Source of the DNA: Macrostomum hystrix
Taxonomy: Eukaryota > Animalia > Platyhelminthes
Length of the DNA stretch: 64,000 nucleotides
Assembly (NCBI GenBank): GCA_950097015.1
Contig: CATNEN010000012.1
Span: forward strand, 434,001-498,000
Direction of reading: 5' to 3'
Shown here: in pieces, positions 14,001 through 26,600 of the stretch
Layout: every line of letters begins with the position of its first letter
Position numbering within the stretch: the first letter of the stretch is position 1
Notes under the pieces: model-generated
Seen by the model: only the letters and a program-made list of their open reading frames with translations
Told to the model about the DNA's origin: nothing
The model's database searches: none
Translations under genes and position numbers: made by a program

Positions 14001-15375
14001 AAAATTGACTAGGAAGCTGGGAGAATTGGATAGGAAACTGGGAGAATTGGATAGGAAACTGGGAGAATTGACTAGGAAACTGGGAGAATAGACTAAGAAA
14101 CTGGGAGAAGTGACTAGGAAATTGGGAGAATTGACTAGGAAGGTGGGAGAATTGACTTGGAGACTGGGATAATTGACTTGGAAACGGGGAGAATTAGATT
14201 GGAAACTGGGAGAATTTACTTAGAAACTGGGAGAATTGGATAGGAAACTGGGAGAATTGACTAGGAAACTGGGAGAATTGGCTAGGAAACTGGGAGAATT
14301 GACTAGGAAACGGGGAGAATTGGATAGGAAACTGGGAGAATTGACTAGGAAGCTGGGAGAATTGACTAGGAAGCTGGGAAAATTGACTAGGAAGCTGGGA
14401 GAATTGGATAGGAAACTGGGAGAATTGGATAGGAAACTGGGAGAATTGGATAGGAAACTGGGAGAATTGACTAGGAAGCTGGGAGAAGTGACTAGGAAAT
14501 TGGGAGAATTGACTAGGAAGGTGGGAGAATTGACTTGGAAACTGGGAGAATTGACTTGGAAACGGGGAGAATTGGATTGGAAACTGGGAGAATTGGATAG
14601 GAAACTGGGAGAATTGGATAGGAAACTGAGAGAATTGACTAGAAAACTGGGAGAATTGACTAGGAAGCTGGGAGAATTGGATAGGAAACTGGGAGAATTG
14701 GATAGGAAACTGGGAGAATTGACTAGGAAACTGGGAGAATTGACTAGGAAACTGGGAGAATAGACTAAGAAACTGGGAGAATTGACTAGGAAACTGGGAG
14801 AAGTGACTAGGAAATTGGGAGAATTGACTAGGAAGGTGGGAGAATTGACTTGGAGACTGGGAGAATCGACTTGGAAACGGGGAGAATTAGATTGGAAACT
14901 GGGAGAATTTACTTAGAAACTGGGAGAATTGGATAGGAAACTGGGAGAATTGACTAGGAAACTGGGAGAATTGGATAGGAAACTGGGAGAATTGACTAGG
15001 AAACGGGGAGAATTGGATAGGAAACTGGGAGAATTGACTAGGAAGCTGGGAGAATTGACTAGGAAGTTGGGAAAATTGACTAGGAAGCTGGGAGAATTGG
15101 ATAGGAAACTGGGAGAATTGGATAGGAAACTGGGAGAATTGACTAGGAAGCTGGGAGAATTGACTAGGAAGCTGGGAAAATTGACTAGGAAGCTGGGAGA
15201 ATTGGATAGGAAACTGGGAGAATTGGATAGGAAACTGGGAGAATTGACTAGGAAGCTGGGAGAATTGGATAGGAAACTGGGAGAATTGGATAGGAAACTG
15301 GGAGAATTGACTAGGAAGCTGGGAGAATTGGATAGGAAACTGGGAGAATTGGATAGGAAACGGGGAGAATTGAAG
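11060..15375. repeat. 21-bp satellite (GGGAGAATTGACTAGGAAACT), about 200 copies, with higher-order structure
   Basis: Direct inspection; identical blocks recur at 252-bp and 399-bp spacing. Confidence 0.97.
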
Positions 15376-16129
15376 AATATAATGCGAAGAATTGACTAGG
15401 CTATTGATAAAATGGAATAGCGTATGGGAGAATCAGATAAATTAGGGAATGCGATGAATCTAAGGGAGAATGGGAAGAATCGCCAAGAAACGGGAAGAAT
15501 CGGATGGGAAATGGGGAGAATCGGATGGGAAATGGGGAGAATCGAAGGGGTAATGGGGAGAATTTCGATAGAGAACTAAGATCATGTGAAACACAATGGA
15601 CACAAGTATAAGCAGGAAGGATTCAAGAGGTCGCGAGGCGGCAAGTTGGTAGGTAAAGTTGGTGTAATGGGATATTCAGTGGCATGCAGAGATTTTCTGG
15701 AAAGAAAGCCAACCAGAACTGTTCTGTTCAGCTGCGTGCAGATGGGATAGCGGCAAAGGGCAGCCAATGGCAATCAATACTGTGACAGTCTTCAAAGAAA
15801 ATTCAAGGCCTACTAAGATTGTCAGTGAGAATGTGTGCAATGAAGCGCTTCATTGACCAACATGTCTGATTTCTCTAGCAGTTCTGGCGAATTCAATGCC
15901 TTGTAATCTGATCTGTACCTTGGCCTTGCAGCAAGACAAAGTGTGACAAGAAGATGCTGCGCTTGGGTCATAAAAAAATAATTTCCCAGATTCTCCCGGA
16001 ATCCAGTGAAGCCGGAGATTCTGTTTAATAATGCGTTTCGTGCATGCGCCATGCCATACTCGTGAGCAGTCGCGTGTGACCTCACTCACTCTGCGCTTTG
16101 ACTAGCTGTGTGCGGCTAGTTTATGAACC

Positions 16130-16580
16130 ACACATTTTGGGATTGGGAAAACTGACTGAATGGGAGAATCTTAATGGGAAGATGGGATGATAGAAAACAT
16201 GTGAGAATCGGAATTGTGATTTATGAATATGGACTAAATGGGAAAATAGAAATGGGAATATTGGAAGATGGACCGAATGGGAGAATTGAAATAGGGATTT
16301 TGGAATATGGAAAATGGGAGAATTCAAATGGGGATTTTGGAATATGGACTAAATGGGAAAACAGAAATAGGAATATGGGAAGATTGACCGAATGGAAGAA
16401 TTCAAATGGGGTTATGGGATAATGGAAAACATAATCCCAGATAAATAATCCCGGAATGGGGATTTAGGAACATGGACTGAATGAGAGAGTTGAAATGGGG
16501 ATATAGAAAATAGACTGAATGGGGAATAAGAATAGGGAACATTCTAAATGGGAGAATGGAAACTAGGAAGCTAGGACTAA
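16130..16580. repeat. Degenerate purine-rich repeat (AATGGGAGAAT-like)
   Basis: Loosely repeated ATGGGA(A/G)AAT motifs resembling the neighbouring 21-bp satellite. Confidence 0.55.
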
Positions 16581-17429
16581 AATATCCCAGCCCCTTCGCA
16601 TTTGGCCCTACTACTAGCAATTGCTAGAATGCAAACGAAATCGCCTAATATTTCCAGTTGTCGGACCGATGCACAATGCGATATAACTGGGTGGCCTCCC
16701 CGCAGGCGCCGACATTCCTCGATTGGTAGGCTGTGATGGATGAGGCGAGGTCCGGAGATCCACTCGACTTGCATATCCTATCCATAGGTAGGAGGAGGAT
16801 GGGGTTGTTTTCACAAAAATCTGAGACCTCAGCCCTCGCCCTGCCCCCCTTCGAGTCGTCCCGATTCTAAATAGTTGCCACGCTGTGCGTTGATGGGGGA
16901 GGCGCGTTGACTAGCCGCCGGGCAAGCCGGGTTCGGGTCGCTGTTTGGAGGCTGAGAATCAATCTTATTAACATATATATCTTTTTTAATTGATGACATC
17001 TCCCATATTTTTTGCAACGTGCTCGATGACATTATCGCATAATAATGTGTATATATACACCCGCCTAATGCATAATGTATCCAAAGCGACGGGACTTTAT
17101 AAACTCAGGCACGATTTAAGTCGTTGTGGTTCGTAAGATTGAATAACTAGATCAAAATATGGTCATTTGTCAATGCCTTTGGGAGCTTTGACAGCCCACT
17201 TCAGTAACCTCCTTGCTAGTCAGATGCTGGTGGTTGCTTTTGAGCACTTAAAAAATAGAGCTACAACCAGAAATCATGAAGTTCCTGAATTCGAAAATCC
17301 CTGATTTTCTAGAAATACTAGAAATTCCTTGAACTACGAGTACATGTAATTCCCGATTTCATGTAAAAACCCTGATTTCCCGAAATTCCTCAAGTCATTG
17401 ACGCGATTTCATAAAGACCCGATTTCTTG

Positions 17430-17492
17430 AAATCCCAGATTTCCTGAAATCCCAGATTTCCTGAAATCCCAGATTTCCTGAAATCCCAGATT
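17430..17492. repeat. 17-bp tandem repeat GAAATCCCAGATTTCCT
   Basis: About 3.5 copies. Confidence 0.85.
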
Positions 17493-17954
17493 TGTGATCA
17501 GTCTTTCACAACTATCCCAGATAGAGAAATCCCAGATACAAATAAAGACTGAGAAAATCGTGCAAGTTTTCAAAGAGAAACTGAAAAATTATTTCATGCC
17601 TATTTCTTGTTTTAAAATAGATTTAATTATGTGCTTTTACTAGCGATACAGTGTATCCGAAGCCAAGCAAATTGCACCTGTCAATCTGGGCCAGCTAATT
17701 CAACGAATTGAATACTGTGGTTGAAAAAAACTCGGTTCAATAATTTTTCTAGCAATAAAACTCACTAGAAAGTTAGTGGCCAATTATACTTTTAGTTGAA
17801 AGGGATGAGATTTTGAGGAATTTATTGCAAGATAATCGCTTTAAAAACAAAGGTATTGCTGCATTCAAAAAGGCAAAAAAATGTAAATGTGAACAGAATA
17901 CTTTCTAAAAACTACGAGCTAAATGAGACGGTACATAACACTAACACAGACTGA

Positions 17955-18480
17955 TGAAGATTGAGATAGAGACTAATGGAGATTGAGATAGAGACTGATG
18001 GAGATTGAGATAGAGACTGGTGGAGATTGAGATTGAGACTGGTGGAGATTGAGATAGAGACTGATGGAGATTGAGATAGAGACTGATGGAGATTGAGATT
18101 GAGACTGGTGGAGATTGAGATAGAGACTGGTGGAGATTGAGATTGAGACTGGTGGAGATTGAGATTGAGACTGGTGGAGATTGAGATAGAGGCTGGTGGA
18201 GATTGAGATAGAGACTGATGGAGATTGAGATAGAGACTGGTGGAGATTGAGATAGAGACTGATGGAGATTGAGATAGAGACTGGTGGAGATTGAGATAGA
18301 GACTGGTGGAGATTGAGATAGAGACTGATGGAGATTGAGATAGAGACTGATGGAGATTGAGATAGAGACTGATGGAGATTGAGATAGAGACTGATGGAGA
18401 TTGAGATTTAGACCGATGGAGATAGAGATAGAGACTGGTGGAGATTGAGATAGAGACTGATGGAGATTGAGATAGAGACA
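17955..18480. repeat. 22-bp minisatellite GAGATTGAGATAGAGACTG(A/G)TG
   Basis: About 24 tandem copies. Confidence 0.95.
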
Positions 18481-19212
18481 GAAAAATGTACAGAGGTTGA
18501 TAGATATTGGAATATAGGCTGATGGAGAAGAAAAAAGAGACAGCTATCTGGTCGGTCAAGATTACCGGGTCCAGTAATAAATAGAATTTTTATAACACAA
18601 AAAATACGAGACTCAATCATTCAATCACTCAATCACTCAGACTCGTAGTTTAACAGCCAAAAAAAAAAAATCAAACCACTTATAAATGATAGAGTTTGAG
18701 CGAAAAATATGCTACACAATCACAGGCAGTTAACATCGCGTGACACCGCCTTCGGGGGACACACGGCATTGTTTAATAAGATGACAGGCGTGAACAAGGT
18801 GGGCGGTGCCAATGCCAGCAACCAGCAATTAGCAATCAGCACATATCGATACTTAAATGTTATAGTCTAACTCAGGTGCGCCCGTAATTCTCAACAATGG
18901 CCCATACGGAACAGCCGAACAAATCACTGCTCGCTAGATTCGATTCAAATTTTCCCATATTTCTCCCGCTCTCGAGATTCGAGAAGGGCGGGTAAAGGAT
19001 CCGAGACGCGGCGAGGGCCGCGGCGGCGGAGGCGGTGGAGGGTGGGGTGGGTGTCCTGGCAGGGTCCAATCAGATTCTTCCCAATCGAACAATTGCGGAG
19101 GAGAGGAGAGTAATACTGTGGGGTCATAAAATGAAAATTGTTATAATACCCGAATCGAGTGTTAGTTTAAGAAAAAAATACGATTGAAGGCGGATGCTCT
19201 CGTGTATCAAGC

Positions 19213-21760
19213 ATGTATCAGATTTCTAGTCCGAGACACGTGACGCATCGGAATTGCCAGCAGCATCAGCATCATCATCAGCAGGAGCAGCAGCAGCAGC
19301 AGCAGCAGCAGTTCAGCCTGGAACTGTTCACGGTCAAGTCTGAAAGTTCCACGCCGAATGACGTGTGAGTTGTAATTGGTTTCTCAATGCTTTAGGAATT
19401 CTCACTGATCATTGTGTTGGTACATGGCAATTGAAAAAGAAGACAAGTATTTTAAATCATAAAAAATCGTCATAATCCTAGTGCTTTTGCTTATTGTCTC
19501 AACTAGGGTTCTGATTCTAAAGGAAGCCTGTTAACTTGAATTCAAAGATAGATTCTAAGAAAGATAGCTGAATTCCAAGAAATGTTGTTAGATTCCAAGA
19601 AATGCTGTTAGATTCCAAGAAATGTTGTTAGATTCCAAGAAATGTTGTTTCATTCCAAGAAATGTTGTTTGATTCCAAGAAATGTTGTTTGATTTCAAGA
19701 AATGTTTGATTCCAAGAAATGTTGTTAGATTCCAAGAAATGTTGTTAGATTCCAAGAAATGTTGTTAGATTCCAAGAAATGTTGTTAGATTCCAAGAAAT
19801 GCTGTTAGATTCCAAGAAATGTTGTTAGATTCCAAGAAATGTTGTTAGATTCCAAAGAAATGTTGTTAGATTCCAAGAAATGTTGTTAGATTCCAAGAAA
19901 TGTTGGATTCCAAGAAATATTGTTAGATTCCAAGAAATGTTGTTAGATTCCAAGAAATGTTGTTAGATTCCAAGAAATGTTGTTAGATTCCAAGAAATGC
20001 TGTTAGATTCCAAGAAATGTTGTTAGATTCTAAAGAAATGTTGTTAGATTCCAAGAAATGTTGTTAGATTCCAAGAAATGTTGTTAGATTCCAAGAAATG
20101 TCGTTAGATTCCGAGAAATATTGGATTCCAAGAATATTGTTAGATTCCAAGAAATATTGTTAGATTCCAAGAAATGTTGTTAGATTCCAAGAAATGTTGT
20201 TAGATTCCAAGAAATGTTGTTAGATTCCAAGAAATGTTGTTAGATTCCAAGAAATGTCGTTAGATTCCGAGAAATATTGGATTCCAAGAAATATTGTTAG
20301 ATTCCAAGAAATGTTGTTAGATTCCAAGAAATGTTGTTAGATTCCAAGAAATGTTGTTAGATTCCAAGAAATGTAGTTAGATTCCAAATAAATGTTGTTT
20401 GATTCCAAGAAATGTTGGATTCCAAGAAATGTCGTTAGATTCCGAGAAATATTGGATTCCAAGAAATGTTGGATTCCAAGAAATGTCGTTAGATTCCGAG
20501 AAATATTGGATTCCAAGAAATGTTGTTAGATTCCAAGAAATGTTGTTAGATTCCAAGAAATGTTGTTTGATTCCAAGAAATGTTGTTAGATTCCAAAGAA
20601 ATGTTGTTTGATTCCAAGAAATGTTGTTAGATTCCAAGAAATGTTAGATTCCAAAGAAATGTTGTTTCATTCCAAGAAATGTTGTTTGATTCCAAGAATT
20701 GTTGTTTGATTCCAAGAAATGTTGTTTGATTTCAAGAAATGTTTGATTCCAAGAAATGTTGTTAGATTCCAAGAAAAGTTGTTTGATTCCAAGAAATGTT
20801 TGATTCCAAGAAATGTTGTTAGATTGTTGCAAAGCTTGCAAGTTTCTAAGAAAGCTTGCTAGTTTCCCATCCAAATTTTGATCCGAAACGCCCTAAATAA
20901 ACCGTAGGAACAGCAGCAGCGGTGCCGGCGGCGGTATTCGCTCAGACTACCTGTGCCGCAAATGCCGCGCGCACGGTCTGAAAGCTCCGGTCCGTCGGCA
21001 CAAGAAGCTCTGCCCCTACCTGGCCTGCGACTGTCCGGCCTGTCGCATGGTGGACCGCAGTCGCCGCGTGGTGGCTAAGCAGATCGCCATGTACCGAGAT
21101 CAGCGCGGGTCGGCTCAGCCGGAGGCCTTGGCTCTGCCGTTGCCTGTGCAGCCGCCTCTGCCAGCTGTCTCGACATCCGTCGGGAGCCTGTCCGCGCACT
21201 GCCGCAAGTGCCGCAACCACGGAGTGTCGGCCGAATGGCGTGGCCACAAGCGGCGCTGCCCGTTCCTTGCCTGCCGCTGCGACGGCTGCGCCCTGATCGC
21301 TGAGCGGAAGCGGACGGAGAAGGCGCTACGGCTGCTGTCAGCGCCTGCCGACACTGCCGCAGCCGAGAGCGCCGACAAAGCCGCATCAACGGCAGAGGGG
21401 GTGGAGGAAACTGGTACAGATGCCGCTTCGCTGCCTAGGCTGCTGTATCACGAGCAGCAGCAGCAGAATCCAGTTCATTTCTACCAGCAACAGCAGCAGC
21501 AGCAGCACCAGAACTGGCTGGACACCCAGCAGCATCAGCTTCATCACGGCCAGACTCAGCCTGGTTACGGCTACGGCTACGGCTATAACGGCTACGCTGG
21601 ATCAACGGCTGGGATTGGCTACCAAGGTGTCGCAGGTGCAAGCAGTCACGAATTTGCAGGAGCAGGCGAAATAGGCGGCGCTGTAAACAGCCCCGGTAGC
21701 TGCTGCATCAGAACAGGCTTCACAGCGTACAGCCATTTCACTGCGACACACTTCTCCTAA
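19213..21760 (+). CDS. Doublesex/mab-3-related (DMRT) transcription factor with two DM domains; exons 19213-19364 and 20908-21760, ~334 aa
   Basis: DM1 CRKCRAHG...RHKKLCPYLACDCPAC...AKQIAMYR (from 20954); DM2 CRKCRNHG...GHKRRCPFLACRCDGC (from 21200). The frame upstream of DM1 has no ATG; phase-2 donor GT|GTGAGT (19365) of a poly-Q exon matches phase-2 acceptor CCGTAG|G (20907). Confidence 0.88.
19572..20822. repeat. 20-bp minisatellite GATTCCAAGAAATGTTGTTA in DMRT intron
   Basis: About 60 copies filling most of the intron. Confidence 0.95.
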
Positions 21761-21802
21761 AGCCCGTGTTTGTTTCGGCCAAAAAATGATTTGCTGCAAT
21801 TC

Positions 21803-21871
21803 GGGAGCACGAGAATTTCCCGCACAAAATTTTCCCGCACGAATTTTCCCCGCACAGAATCTTCCCCTACC

Positions 21872-21915
<44 letters not shown>

Positions 21916-21931
21916 GACACAGGTAGCCAGC

Positions 21932-21967
<36 letters not shown>

Positions 21968-22355
21968 CCGACAGATAGACAGTTAGCAAGGTAAACAGGC
22001 AATCACGAGAAATTTCTTGCGGGAAAATCTTTCTGCGGGAAAAATACTGTACGGGGAAAATTCGTGCGGGAGAATCTCATGCGGGAGAATCTCGTGCGGG
22101 AGAATCTCGTGCGGGAGAATCTCATGCGGGAGAATCTCGTGCGGGAGAATCTCGTGCGGGAGAATCTCATGCGGGAGAATCTCGTGCGGGAGAATCTCGT
22201 GCGGGAGAATCTCGTGCGGGAGAATCTCATGCGGGAGAATCTCGTGCGGGAGAATCTCGTGCGGGAGAATCTCATGCGGGAGAATCTCGTGCGGGAGAAT
22301 CTCGTGCGGGGAAAGCTCGGCGGGAAAAATTCATTTGGGAAATTCTCATAGACCC
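21803..22355. mobile_element. Non-autonomous foldback/MULE-like element with repeat-built inverted arms
   Basis: Left arm TTTTCCCGCAC repeats versus right arm GTGCGGGAGAAT 15-bp repeats; perfect inverted GAGAATTTCCC (21811-21821) / GGGAAATTCTC (22337-22347); ends GGG...CCC; flanking 9-bp direct repeat CTGCAATTC / CTGCAACTC; (CTGT)n(GGCA)n in the loop. Confidence 0.75.
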
Positions 22356-23491
22356 CTGCAACTCCTCATCGATCGAATAGCTGCTGGCCTTATCAAAATG
22401 CTATTTTGCTTAGAAACTCAATCGAAATCAATCGGATTTTAGAATCCCATGCAGAAAAAGTCGTTCAAATCGCGCAAATCATATTTTTTATTTTATTTAA
22501 GCACGCTTTCATCCAAACGCACCACCATTTAGCCTGCAACGAAACCTCCGTATTTGTGAAAACCGTTAGAAGTATTGCTTCACTTGCTTAGCAGTTGCTA
22601 AATATAGTTTTACAATCGAAATACATTGCATCATCCCAAATAGTGCTCGACTCGGTAGCAGAAATGTGTAATTTATGCCATAACAGGTGTTATCCTACCT
22701 TTAATTAGTACACAGCTAAATCGATCGCAAAAGCGGACAGACACTTCGTTCTTTAAGTACAAACGACACAGTCATTAAATACACAATTAACTCCATCCTA
22801 TAAATCAAACAATACTTAAAGTGCACAGTCAATTCATATCTTAAAGTACACAATGTACTCGTCCTTGAAGTACAAAACACTCTTTAAATGATGTCCTGTT
22901 ATATATTACTATATTCATATATGAAATATAATTAATAATTATATATTATATTCATATAGTAATAATTATGACAATCCTGTCATAAAAGTATTATTTATCC
23001 CGTCCTTAAAGTACACAATCCTACTTCATCGTTATAATATACAAAATTTCCCGTGTTTTCGGTACTCGAGCGCATACAGATTTTTAAAAAAAATTAAAAA
23101 GTGCAGCAAGCAATTAAATAGATGGAATAATATATATATATGAATTTAATGACGTCATAAATACTACGAATTCACCAATTTCATTATTCTATAGTTGTTG
23201 CGCACTGAAGCACGATGCTCATAAAGTACTCGAGTATGACTACTACTAGAGTAAAGTAAAATTTTCGTACTAAACAACAAGCCTTTTATTGGCACAAATG
23301 GCACATTACTGTACTGCCTCAGTACAGTAATGTACTGCCCCAAACCTGTTTCAGCTGCTCGCTTGACTCTGCGGGGAGTGGGGTTGTTGCGCTTCTCAGC
23401 GTAGCCTCTCTCTCTACCCCACTGGAATGAACACTCTTGCTTGGCCTGCTGGCCATAATGTACTTTTAACAACCAAATTTCTAAAGCTCTG

Positions 23492-23533
23492 ATTGGCTCA
23501 GTGAAAAGCATATCTTTGCTGCGCTCCTATTGG
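23492..23533. promoter_or_regulatory. Two reverse CCAAT boxes upstream of USP gene
   Basis: ATTGG at 23492 and 23529, about 140-180 bp before the ATG; motif match only. Confidence 0.3.
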
Positions 23534-23670
23534 CCGCAAAAGTGCGTTATCTGAAATAAAACAAAACAGCGAGAATTCGGTACACTTAAAAATAAGATCG
23601 CAATATTTGTCTTACAATATTTTCTTTGATTTATTCATAAAGCACGAAAAGCAAAAAACATTAAATTAGG

Positions 23671-26600
23671 ATGGAATCGTTAGAAGCGACGGTGGCCGAA
23701 ACGGAAATCAAGAACAACACCAACAGTCGGGCTAGAGTCTCAGGCTGCTCAACTCGGGTTGTTGCAATCGCTGTGGACGGCGGCGAACATTCCAAAAGGG
23801 CATTCGACTACTACATGAGGCGCCTGCATCGGCGGACCGATCACGTGACTTTTCTGCACGTGGAAGCGCCGCCGCCAACTGGTCTGTGGACCGACCCCAG
23901 TCAGGTTTGTCCGGGAGTCCCTCGCTAGGGTATCTTTATCGACATCGGGCACTTCTCCAGTTGCTTTCTGCAGTTCACACCCCCTCCTTCTGCAGTTCAC
24001 ACCCCCTCCTTCTGCAAATCACACCCCCTCCTTCTGCAGTTCACACCCCTCCTTCTGCAAATCACACCCCCTCCTTCTGCAGTTCACACCCCCTCCTTCT
24101 GCAAATCACACCCCCTCCTTCTGCAGTTCACACCCCTCCTTCTGCAGTTCACACCCCCTCCTTCTGCAGTTCACACCCCTCCTTCTGCAGTTCACACCCC
24201 TCCTTCTGCAGTTCACACACCATCCTTCTGCAGTTCACACCCCCTCCTTCTGCAGTTCACACACCATCCTTCTGCAGTCCACACACCATCCTTCTGCAGT
24301 TCACACCCCCTCCTTCTGCAGTTCACACACCATCCTTCTGTAGTTCACACACCATCCTTCTGCAGTCCACACACCATCCTTCTGCAGTCCACACACCATC
24401 CTTCTGCAGTCCACACACCATCCTTCTGCAGTTCACACACCATCCTTCTGCAGTTCACACACCATCCTTCTGCAGTTCACACACCATCCTTCTGCAGTTC
24501 ACACACCATCCTTCTGTAGTTCACACACCATCCTTCTGCAGTTCACACACCATCCTTCTGCAGTTCACACACCATCCTTCTGCAGTTCACACACCATCCT
24601 TCTGCAGTTCACACACCATCCTTCTGCAGTTCACACACCATCCTTCTGTAGTTCACACCCCTCCTTCTGCAGTCCACACACCATCCTTCTGCAGTCCACA
24701 CACCATCCTTCTGTAGTTCACACCATCCTTCTGCAGTCCACACTCCCTCCTTCTGCAGTTCACACACCATCCTTCTGCAGTTCACACACCATCCTTCTGC
24801 AGTTCACACACCATCCTTCTGCAGTTCACACACCATCCTTCTGCAGTTCACACACCATCCTTCTGCAGTTCACACACCATCCTTCTGCAGTTCACACACC
24901 ATCCTTCTGCAAATCACACCCCCTCCTTCTGCAGTTCACACCCCTCCTTCTGCAGTTCACACTCCCTCCTTCTGCAGTTCACACACCATCCTTCTGCAGT
25001 TCACACACCATCCTTCTGCAGTTCACACACCATCCTTCTGCAGTTCACACACCATCCTTCTGCAGTCCACACCCCCTCCTTCTGCAGTTCACACACCATC
25101 CTTCTGCAGTTCCACACACCATCCTTCTGCAGTTCACACACCCTCCTTCTGCAGTTCACACACCATCCTTCTGTAGTTCACACACCATCCTTCTGCAGTC
25201 CACACACCATCCTTCTGCAGTCCACACACCATCCTTCTGCAGTCCACACACCATCCTTCTGCATTCCACACACCATCCTTCTGCAGTTCACACACCATCC
25301 TTCTGCAGTTCACACACCATCCTTCTGCAGTTCACACCCCCTCCTTCTGCAGTCCACACACCTTTCCTTCTGCAGTTCACACACCATCCTTCTGCAGTCC
25401 ACACCCCCTCCTTCTGCAGTTCACACACCATCCTTCTGCAGTTCACACACCATCCTTCTGCAGTTCACACCCCCTCCTTCTGCAGTTCACACACCATCCT
25501 TCTGCAGTTCACACACCATCCTTCTGCAGTTCCACACACCATCCTTCTGCAGTCCACACACCATCCTTCTGCAGTTCCACACACCATCCTTCTGCATTCC
25601 ACACACCATCCTTCTGCAGTTCACACACCATCCTTCTGCAGTTCACACACCATCCTTCTGCAGTTCACACACCATCCTTCTGCAGTTCACACCCCATCCT
25701 TCTGCAGTTCACACACCATCCTTCTGCAGTTCACACCCCCTCCTTCTGCAGTTCACACACCATCCTTCTGTAGTTCACACACCATCCTTCTGCAGTCCAC
25801 ACACCATCCTTCTGCAGTTCACACCCCCTCCTTCTGCAGTTCACACACCATCCTTCTGTAGTCCACACACCATCCTTCTGCAGTCCACACACCATCCTTC
25901 TGTAGTTCACACCCCTCCTTCTGCAGTCCACACACCATCCTTCTGCAGTCCACACACCATCCTTCTGTAGTTCACACCCATCCTTCTGCAGTCCACACCT
26001 CCCTCCTTCTGCAGTTCACACACCATCCTTCTGCAGTTCACACACCATCCTTCTGCAGTTCACACACCATCCTTCTGCAGTTCACACACCATCCTTCTGC
26101 AGTCCACACCCCCTCCTTCTGCAGTTCACACACCATCCTTCTGCAGTTCACACCCCCTCCTTCTGCAGTCCACACACCATCCTTCTGCAGTCCACACACC
26201 ATCCTTCTGCAGTCCACACACCATCCTTCTGTAGTTCACACCCCTCCTTCTGCAGTCCACACACCATCCTTCTGCAGTCCACACACCATCCTTCTGTAGT
26301 TCACACCATCCTTCTGCAGTCCACACTCCCTCCTTCTGCAGTTCACACACCATCCTTCTGCAGTTCACACACCATCCTTCTGCAGTTCACACACCATCCT
26401 TCTGCAGTTCACACACCATCCTTCTGCAGTCCACACCCCCTCCTTCTGCAGTTCACACACCATCCTTCTGCAGTCCACACACCATCCTTCTGCAGTTCAC
26501 ACCCCCTCCTTCTGCAGTCCACACACCATCCTTCTGTAGTTCACACACCATCCTTCTGTAGTTCACACCCCTCCTTCTGCAGTCCACACACCATCCTTCT

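Noticed and set aside
11149-15399. Heptad 'RKLGELT' ORFs resembling a coiled-coil protein
   Set aside because: The 21-bp unit forces a heptad; recurrent TAG variants break the frame and starts are TTG only.
15850-16089. ORF with LHWIPG (RNase H-like) and FFYDP (mariner-like) words
   Set aside because: Isolated short matches with no flanking conserved residues; cannot be supported without a search.
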